A stretch of 63,926 nt of DNA from contig BFEA01000041.1 in NCBI GenBank assembly GCA_003427395.1, forward strand, positions 4,615,320 to 4,679,245, read 5' to 3'. Positions 51,751 through 62,200 of this stretch are shown piece by piece; the first letter of the stretch is position 1, and each line of letters begins with the position of its first letter. Source of the stretch: Chara braunii. Its lineage: Eukaryota > Plantae > Charophyceae. A program made the position numbers and the translations under genes. A model generated the notes under the pieces. It saw only the letters and a list, made by a program, of their open reading frames with translations, was not told the DNA's origin and ran no database searches.

Positions 51751-54700
51751 TTCAAACACACACACACAAACACACATTCAAACACATACACACACACACA
51801 CACGCACACACGCACACACACACACACACACACATTCACACATGAATATTAAAAGGCCCCGGAAAAAAAAAAACACATATATTTTTTTTCTATTCCTTGA
51901 TTGTTTCCTTAGGACAAAAAAAATAAAATAAAAAAAAAATGNNNNNNNNNNNNNNNNNNNNNNNNNNNNNNNNNNNNNNNNNNNNNNNNNNNNNNNCACA
52001 CACACACGCTCGCACACACACACGCTCACAAAACACACGCACAGCTTGCGCTCACCACATTGAACATGGCTAACCTTGCACCTGAGAGGCACAGTAAAAG
52101 AAGAACTGGAAGAATCAATAGAAGAGAAACCGCAAGAAAGCCTAAGGAAGGAAACTGAAAGCAAAGAAAGAATTGCGTAAAGGGAAAGGCAAACCTTCAT
52201 GTTGTTTGCTATACATGCACAGTCTGAAAGAGAAATACCAATAAAGTCAAAGTGAAGACTAACATTGCATAAGGAAAAGGCAATGTAATGGCTAGTGTGC
52301 TTAATGTTGTTTGCTATTGAGGTAAAGCTGTTTCAAATTTGGATCTGCTCGTCTGGGTGGAAAATGGGTTGTTGTGGTGAGAGTTTACAACACACAGACA
52401 CACAGGGTTGGTTGAGTAAAGTCTACCACTTTCCCCAGCGGTATACTAACTCTGGGGGAGGTGGAGAGTCCTTATCCCTCAGTCGAAGGCATGCTGGGGA
52501 ACCTCCTGATGAGTCGGTGAAAATTCCAATGAAACAGTCAGGAACAGTCATGCTTTTTCTGTGGAGCTGTGTATAGTGAAGGTGACAACATATAAAATTA
52601 CAAATAGTCGACTTATATTTGTTTTCTTTGAGTCGTCTACTGGTTGCACAGTGTAGGCTTTTCCCATATTTGTCCATAGTTAGTGCCTGTTTGTATGGAG
52701 TGCCTGCAACACTATTTGGGGGGATGCGGTGTTCGGGATGCCTGTGTCTCTGTGTTTCCGGTCTCTTATACACATCTAGATGTGTATAAGAGACAGGTGT
52801 AGGCTTTTCCCATATTTGTCCATAGTTAGTGCCTGTTTGTATGGAGTGCCTGCAACACTATTTGGGGGGATGCGGTGTTCGGGATGCCTGTGTCTCTGTG
52901 TTTCCGGTGGTGATAGACATTTGGCTCATGGCTTCCTGGCTCCTGATGGTGGTGTGAACCTACAGTGTGCTGGGTCTTCTGTATGATGTGAGTATGTCCT
53001 AGTCCGTTTTGCTCCTTGCTGCTTCCATGGGGCTATATGCCCGCCGCGAAGCGTTCATCTTTCCCACCCACCCCAGGGTGGGGTGGTGTCGGCTCCATTC
53101 TTTTCTTGGCCAGGCAGCGAAGGAAGCTGACGAGCGGAAAAAGGGATTTGAACCCTCACCTTAGCCTTGGCAAGGCTATAGCTGTGTTGGTGGCCCGCCT
53201 GCCGCTTGTGTTGCAGCCGTTGCCGTACTGTTGTGTGTCCGCCCTCCCGCCCGCCTGCCCATCTGCTCGCCTCACTGCTGCCTGCCTGCTGTGCTGTGCT
53301 ATAAGTTGCTTTGACCAACCCGTGCCGGATGCTTTGCTGTGTTCCCCAAGTTTCATCAGGGTCTGAGTCTGGTCATGACTGGAAGCATTGTGAGGGGATA
53401 CAGCAGACTGTCGACGGTTCAGCCTCCTGACGAGTCGGTTTTCGCCCGACGAAACAGTCTGTCACTGCGTGTGTGTTTGTTTGCGCTGTATTGTGGTGTG
53501 TGTCCTGGTAACCTGGTTCATCCGCAAACTGGATATGAAACAACTTGGAATAACAAAACACCAAATTTGATAACTGAAAAAAGGAAAACAAAAAAAAAAG
53601 GGCGGAGCTTAGGGAAATTTGCATATATGTTTTCGAAGTTTCAGTCATTTGTGTGCAAATAAATGATGGTTTTTCTATGCGTAGAACAAGAAAAGGTTTA
53701 GCTAACCTCCATGTAGGAATAAAAAAACACCAAACGTGGGCCATCGAAGGTGACATAACTAACTGTTTTGGATGCTCTACTTGTACGGTTTGACAAATTT
53801 GCATATATGTTTTCAAAGTTTCAGTCATTTGTGTGCAAATAAATGATGGTTTTTCTATGCGTAGAACAAGAAAAGGGGCCATCGAAGGCGACATAACTGT
53901 TTTGGATGCTCTACTCGTACGGTTTGACAAATTTGCATATATGTTTTTAAAGTTTGTGTGCAAATAAATGGTGGTTTTTCTATGCGTAGAACAAGAAAAG
54001 GTTTAGCTAACCTCCATGTAGGAATCAAAAAACACCAAACGTGGGCCATCGAAGGCGACATAACTGTTCTGGATGCTCTACTCGTACGGTTTGACATAGT
54101 TGTTTCCTACCTTCCCACTGCAGGAAGGATGCATCTGTTCCATGCCTACAAGTTTGTATGCCTGCAAGTTTTGGTGCCTAAGGCGCACCAATATGTTGCA
54201 TAAGCTTTTGGATATCTGGCGATATTGGGTTTCGTTACTTCTGTACCATCATGCGTTTCATGCCCACAAACACTTTCACGCACTGCACGCACCCACTATG
54301 ACCGCCACCATGTGGAAAGGCCAGGACAGCGTCTATTGTGATATTAAAGTCGGCATTATTTCAATTTATTTGCGAAATTCTGCGATGCACATGTCAAGGA
54401 CATAGAATCTAGTGTTGATACTCGCTGTGCTTCTGTTTGGATGTGGTGGGTTGAAGGTTTGCACCCTTTGCATGCATGGGTGTCACAGTGGGAGAATCAA
54501 TGAGGTTACCCTCACCTTTGCGTGTGCGGAGGTAGAGGAGGGAGTGAGAGAGGCCGTAATTGGTTATTCCTTGCTTGACTATGATTTTTGATGATGGGAC
54601 ATTGTCAATATCTTGATTCAGGCGCTTGTGGAAGCAAGGAGGGAGATCCGGCCATCTCTTCTTAAGGCGAGCAATAGACTGAAGGACATTATATATTTAG

Positions 54701-55897
54701 ATTTGGCACTGGACTCGGCTGTCAGAACAGCAGTGGAGCGTGGCATGGAGAACGTCCACAATGTCGGTGCTGCGGTGAGGCTCTAAATTCCAAGCTTCAT
54801 TTTTTTCCCCTTGTTCTTCGTATTGGCTTCGGATATGATGTGATTTCATTACGAGGTGGATCTCCTGAGAGCCTGTTTTGTGCAGCCAGAAAAAGATTAA
54901 GACATTTTTTCTTGACTTCTTTTTTTTTTTTTTTTTAACAGGGCCTTATGGTCCTGGCTCCTTCTACTTCCTATTCCACCGGCAAGTCGGAAAATATATC
55001 ACATTACAGCAAAACACTCACGCTTCCTCCCGTTTGGCCGGAGGACTCCTGAACAGCATTGATTACTCCACCATAGGTGGAGGATTGACTGTCAGCTTGC
55101 CCTGGCTCACTCTTTCCTCTCAGAACTGAAAAACGAGCTCTGCCAGATAATCCATTGCCGCCTAGAGACATTTTTTCATTTCTATCAAGGGTCATTCAGT
55201 ACATCCGAAAAAGCAGATTGAGACTCCTAAAAATTTGGAGGCCATGGACGATCGATACAATGAATCGGCAGTTCATGCCCTCCTATTTTTTAGGAGAGGC
55301 TCAGTCTGCTTTTTTCTTATGTACTGGTGGTTGAAGCCACTCCTCCAGAGTTGTCGGTGGAGTTAGTTTCCAGCAGTAGGCCAATGCCAAACCTATAACG
55401 TACTGCGTGTGCCACCCGGTTATGGAAAGATTTTTATTTTAGCCTGTTTTTGCTACTATGGTCTAGTGTGTTAACACCCTCTCTCTCTCTACTTCAAGGC
55501 GTGGGGTAATTGACCCCTAACGTAACTGTATTAGAGATTAGAGACTCATGCAAACAGGGTTTTTGAATTTTGAACTCATATCACGTTGCTCATTAGTCGC
55601 TCTAGGTGTGTATCATTCAACCGGGAGTTAAGCACTCGTAATGACGTCTGATTATGGGTTCCTATGTTCATTGAAATGGACCTTATGCTGTGCTGGGCAG
55701 TGGGTATCCTTGGTGTCTTGTATGCATTTGCTATGTTGTCGATCTGACTAGTTTTTTGAATTTTTTTCCACATTTGTTTGCTTTTTGTGGTCTGCTTTTG
55801 ACTGACAGGATGTAATATACCTGGTAGCGCTTGTGCTGGAGAATCTTTGCCTTTCGACTGATGACAATCTCGAGCTTGTATATTGTTTGAAGGTAAT

Positions 55898-55944
<47 letters not shown>

Positions 55945-56084
55945 AGGTATCCTCTTGTTTACTTTTATTTGTCAAACCAACACATGACTTTTCTTCCTTC
56001 TGCAAATTCTGGCATGTATATTGACTTCTGATTCTGGGGTTAGTTGTCAAGCATATCTCTCTCTCTCTCCCCCCTTCCCTCCCT

Positions 56085-56162
<78 letters not shown>

Positions 56163-56217
56163 NNNNNNNNNNNNNNNNNNNNNNNNNNNNNNNNNNNNNN
56201 NNNNNNNNNNNNNNNNN

Positions 56218-56294
<77 letters not shown>

Positions 56295-59200
56295 GTATCC
56301 TCTTGTTTACTTTTATTTGTCAAACCAACACATGACTTTTCTTCCCTCTGCAAATTCTGGCATGTATATTGACTTCTGATTCTGGGGTGAGTTGTCAAGC
56401 ATATGGTTGCGGACTCTGGATGATGCTACACCTCGGGAAATTGTTTTAACAAGAGTTGCACAGCGAAGTTGATTGTTCTATTCGTGATATTGGATTTTTT
56501 TTGGCGAAATCGAAATAAATTGTTTTTGTTAATTTTTCAGTTAAGTGAACACGAGAAATGCACACCACGGGAACGATGGAGTTCCTTGAAATTGATAATT
56601 CAGGCAGCGAATCCGTAATTCGTATTTGTGAAAATATTTTCATAATGTGCCAAGTTGCTGGGTCAGGGGAGTAACTTTTGTTGACCCTCTCTACAGAATG
56701 GGTTGTATCAGATTTTGTTGGGTCGATCTTTGATTTGTTCACTGTTGCAGATAAACTCTCCCCACAGAATGGCTTGTATAACTTGTATCAGATTTTGTTG
56801 GGCCAATCTTTGATTTGTTCTATTCTGATATTTCTCATGTGTGCAAGTGTTGTTTCCGCACGGTGATTTTCTGTGATTGTTCTTTGCAGATTTGTGTGAA
56901 AGCTACTGAAGGGTGACATGCTTCTTTGATTGCACAAGAGATATTTGCAACAAATTGGAACAAAAAAACTAGGCTGCCAGAGTGGCCCGGGACCACTTGC
57001 CCAGCCGGGCCAAAATAAATAAATAAATAAATAAAAAATGGTAAAAAATCTTGATGTGATCCTGAGGCAAAAGTTGTTCAGTTTATTTTTCTGCATAACA
57101 TAGTTGTTTTTTTTTGTTTTTTTTTTTGCCGGTACCTTCCCTGGTCCTTGCCCGGCCGGGCCGCCCGATCATTTCGTCAAATCTGTAGATCTATTTTCCA
57201 ATTTGAAAAATGCAATTATGTGAAAGGAATTTGCATTATTTGTTGAGGTCGAAACAAGGGTGTAGAGATTGCTAAAAGACTGAATGCAGAGAACCTGGTC
57301 AAACATCTTTGCATGTGTTCTCAGATAAATTAGATTATGCGCAGGCACGAGCATCTACATCGATTTANNNNNNNNNNNNNNNNNNNNNNNNNNNNNNNNN
57401 NNNNNNNNNNNNNNNNNNNNNNNNNNNNNNNNNNNNNNNNNNNNNNNNNNNNNNNNNNNNNNNNNNNNNNNNNNNNNNNNNNNNNNNNNNNNNNNNNNNN
57501 NNNNNNNNNNNNNNNNNNNNNNNNNNNNNNNNNNNNNNNNNNNNNNNNNNNNNNNNNNNNNNNNNNNNNNNNNNNNNNNNNNNNNNNNNNNNNNNNNNNN
57601 NNNNNNNNNNNNNNNNNNNNNNNNNNNNNNNNNNNNNNNNNNNNNNNNNNNNNNNNNNNNNNNNNNNNNNNNNNNNNNNNNNNNNNNNNNNNNNNNNNNN
57701 NNNNNNNNNNNNNNNNNNNNNNNNNNNNNNNNNNNNNNNNNNNNNNNNNNNNNNNNNNNNNNNNNNNNNNNNNNNNNNNNNNNNNNNNNNNNNNNNNNNN
57801 NNNNNNNNNNNNNNNNNNNNNNNNNNNNNNNNNNNNNNNNNNNNNNNNNNNNNNNNNNNNNNNNNNNNNNNNNNNNNNNNNNNNNNNNNNNNNNNNNNNN
57901 NNNNNNNNNNNNNNNNNNNNNNNNNNNNNNNNNNNNNNNNNNNNNNNNNNNNNNNNNNNNNNNNNNNNNNNNNNNNNNNNNNNNNNNNNNNNNNNNNNNN
58001 NNNNNNNNNNNNNNNNNNNNNNNNNNNNNNNNNNNNNNNNNNNNNNNNNNNNNNNNNNNNNNNNNNNNNNNNNNNNNNNNNNNNNNNNNNNNNNNNNNNN
58101 NNNNNNNNNNNNNNNNNNNNNNNNNNNNNNNNNNNNNNNNNNNNNNNNNNNNNNNNNNNNNNNNNNNNNNNNNNNNNNNNNNNNNNNNNNNNNNNNNNNN
58201 NNNNNNNNNNNNNNNNNNNNNNNNNNNNNNNNNNNNNNNNNNNNNNNNNNNNNNNNNNNNNNNNNNNNNNNNNNNNNNNNNNNNNNNNNNNNNNNNNNNN
58301 TTTTTTTTTTTTTTTTTTTTTTTTTTCAATTAGCTCTATCCATCTCCAGGGACTCCAAAAATAAAAATAAAGAGGGGGTTGGTGGAGGGAGTACGACACA
58401 ACACGTGAGGCCCATTAAGGCCCTCCCGTCGCTTTAGACGGTTCAGCTAGTAGTATGATTGGTAGGTTGTAGTGGTTTGTTTTTCTTCCTTTCCTTTTCC
58501 TTTTTCTGCTTATGGTGGCTTTTCTTTCTTTCTCTTTGGTTTGTTAGGTTTTTAAGGCCCGAGGCTTCCCCGTTTTGTGTGTGGAGAGTGAGGTTTCAGG
58601 ACATCGGCCTTGATTTGGTCATCCTTGTTCCTAGATTATCCTCCAGCTCTCATATGAAGTATGAGTTCAGCGAGCAACTGCTCGTAAGCTAAACTGGCTG
58701 ATGCTGCCAGGATAACTCCGGGTTGAATTGTGAGGTCCCCGGCCTCGATTTGACCCTGATAATAAATGGATTGCCTTTGAGGGGAAAAAAAAACAAAAAA
58801 AAAAAACAATAATGATGGTGTTGGGGGGTGGGTATGGAGGTGTTGGTGGGGTTATTGGGTGTTCTGGACACAAACAAATTTTATTTTATTTTTTGTTTGT
58901 GAGGTGCCAATGAACCCCGACCGGCAGGTGCCGACCAGCCGACCGGTTGGCTGGTCGGCAGCCAACCAGTCAAGGGTCGCCGACCGTTGGTGTGTGCAAC
59001 ACTGCTGGGCAGTATATTGCTGGAGACCATAGAAACAAGACAAATCGCAAATACTGGTGCATGAGCTATTCTCGCATTGCCTGGGCAGAAGGAGGCAGGA
59101 GGATGCAGAAGGATGCAGAAGGATGCAGAAGGAAGTGCTTAGGACTGCAGTACTGCGAGCAGTTCTATTCCTGAGGGATGTGTTGTGATTGTCCTCTGTG

Positions 59201-62200
59201 GAATGTAAAGACTTGCACATTACGCTAATTTTATTCTTGCAACCTGTTCTGATGAGTTTTTCAACAGCTGTTCCTGCGTCCCGTCCTTATTTGGAAGTTT
59301 TTACTTTGGTTTTGGTTCTTTTGAAGCATAAAGAACTTGCCTGCTGAAGTCCAGTCAGGACTTCCGTGACCTTCTTTCCTGGCATTTGCCAGTCTGTTTG
59401 AACAGTCTGTGCAGATTAAATCTTTAAATCTTCGGTGAAGCTAACTGATGATGATGATGGTGGTCCTATATTTTCTTCCTTGGTGTTTCTTTGCTTGTGG
59501 GTGTGTGCTCTTTTATCTCAGATTGATATTTTTGCAGAAGAGGTAGTTAGAGCAGGATCGGCTGCATCGTTATCGATATTGCTGAACCGTCTAAACCCAA
59601 TGTTGAGGGCTGCTGCTGACATGGGAAGGTCAGTGAAAGTGACGAAGTGATGATGCATTACAAATCCCGGTTTTGCTGCTTGTTGATGGGCTCAGTCTTG
59701 GTCGCGGGTGCGGGGAGAATGTTCGAGCTTCTAAGCGTAGACTGTGGGGACTGTTAAATGTATGATTGGAAATGCACCAGCAGAAGGCATGTCACTCACT
59801 ATCTGGTCTGAAGGCCCAGCTGTCGAACGGGTCTGGAAGAGAGCAGATTGGTTGTACTTGTCGCCATCATAGCAACTATACATGAATGTCGTGAAATGGA
59901 ATTGTAAGGAAGTGACATAATGTGATTGAATCAATTTTTGTTTTCAGATTGACATCGAACTCCAATGGTTTTTGATTAAGCAAACACATGGATCCTGTTC
60001 CCTAGGGAGGAAGAGGAGGAGGAGAGGGTAAGTGGTGGGAAGGGAGGGAGTGTGGGTGGTGGTAAGGAGGGGATGGGAGAAGAAGAAAGTAGCGGACAAA
60101 TATATAACTATGCAGGAAGAGAGGGTGCCATATGCAGTTTGTAAGAACTTGCTAAAAAGAGGGCAGTGCAGAGATCAGGATGAACAGAGAGGGAGTGGAG
60201 AGGGGGAGGCGATGTGTGAAGCGTTGAGACGAGTATGAACAGCTTGGCTATCCTGAGGAGATGTTTTGACGGGTTTCACTTGTAGGTCTACGGTGTTGAA
60301 GCATGCATGGTGTGGGAGGCCATAGATTTGTACACATCGGGTGTTTAGTGTCTCGGAGTCGGGACCTGTTCTGACCGTGATGGCCATGCCAGAAATGCTG
60401 TGAAGTTCGCGTCGGTTCTTTAGGAGTATTTAATTTAACAATTCCAGTTGGTGACTCTGACTGCTCTTATCGTTTGTTTGGTGTACGGTGGACAGTTGGC
60501 AAATTATTAGTCCGCATGAAGCCAGAGGGTTTGTGGAAGTTGTGGATGCATTGGGACCTGTGCAACACAAAGAGTATGGAAGGCCGACTGTTCTTTTGGC
60601 GGGAAGAGTGATGGGAGAGGAGGAAATCCCATCAGGAGTGGTTGCATTACTCACACCTGATATGCCCGACATTCTCTCCCATGTCTCGGTTCGTGCTCGC
60701 AATGGGAAGGTAAGTTTTAGTATACAAGACCTGGTCAAGGTTTTCTGTCGTGTATATTCCTGCTTTGCGCCTGAATGTCACACTCATGCTAGTGTTGATG
60801 AACAGAACAGATTACCGTTATGCATGCCTTAATGTTTACAGTCTAACTAACCCCATTTGTCTAAAAGACAAAGTACTTGGTGTGGTGTGAGGTGTTTATG
60901 GTCTAACCCCCTTTTTCTAAAAGACACAGTACTTGGTGTGGTGTGAGGTTTTACTGGTGGTCAAGTTCAAGAAGTTTACCTGTGCGGTGTGAGGTTTTCA
61001 CTGGTGGCTAAGTTCAAAAAGTTCACTGGGGGGTGTGAGGTTTTACTGGTGGTTAAAAGTTCAAGAACTTTTTTTTTGTAAGTCTTTAACTGTGCGGTGT
61101 GAAGTTTTCACTGGTGGCTAAGTTCAAAAAGTTCACTGGTGGCTAAGTTAAATAAGTTCCACCTGTGCGTGTGAGGTGGTTTCACTAAGTTCAAGAAGTT
61201 TGGTGTGAGGTTTCAGTGGTGGTTAAAAGTTCAAGATACTTGTGCGGTGTGATGTTTTCACTGGTGGGAAAGTTCAAAAAATTTACTGGTGGCTAAGTTC
61301 GAAAAGTTCCACCTGTGCGTGTGAGGTGGTTTCACTAAGTTCAAGAAGTTTCCCTGTGCGGTGTGAGGTTTCACTGGTGGTTAAGATCTCAAGAAGTTTA
61401 CTCGTGCGGTGTGATGTGTCACTGGTTGATTCAAGTCCAAAAAGTGTGCATGTGCAGAAGTTTATCTTTGTTTCTGAAGTGTATCCATGCGCAGGTCTCC
61501 TTTCTCTTTGAGTTTGACCATGAGTGACGTATAAAAGATTTCTTCAATTGTCAAAACGTTGTTGGCTAGTCAAACCATCACAATGAAACAAGGGTTCAAG
61601 GACCAGTCACTTTGTGTTTTTTGGACCTTTGCCAGGTTGCTCTCTGCTGTGTCTGGTCTTGCTTTCATTTAGTAGTTGTACCGGGAATCACTTTCCCAAG
61701 ATTGAATGTGGTCCTTCAAGCCACCAGTACACCTGGGCCCTGAAGGCACTGCACTGCACACCGAGCTTTTCCCATCCGCCAGCGGGGGCATACTTTTTTT
61801 CGGTTTTTGGCCGGTGCTGCCAGCCATTGTGGTCCTGTAGGCCTGAGCTGCAAAAATTTCGTAGTAGCAGGCGGCAAACAGTTTTCTGCAAGGGCCGCGG
61901 GCGCGTGCTGGTGGCTTAACGCCCTAGGATTTAAATGGGGATCCATTGCACGCCTCACATGCTGATGAGTTTGCTACTTCATCGGTGAACAACCTTGGCC
62001 TTCCAGTACTACACCAAGCGGTCAACTAGTTTGCAGCATCGGCTTGATGCCAATCTGCCAGGGAGAACAGGGCCAAAAGACGGGGAAAAAAAAGCAACTT
62101 ATAAGTGGTGTGTGCAGAAGAAGACGAAATGGACCTGATGCAGTGGTCTGCAGGTGAAGGGTTCAATCGCTCTCCTGCAGTAGAGGAAGAAGAGCACCAA

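Noticed and set aside
52761-52796. Tn5 mosaic ends as evidence of horizontal transfer
   Set aside because: The back-to-back orientation and exact flanking duplication match the library adapter.
60845-61442. Repeat array with variable units
   Set aside because: The variation is decay of one unit rather than repeat-spacer alternation.
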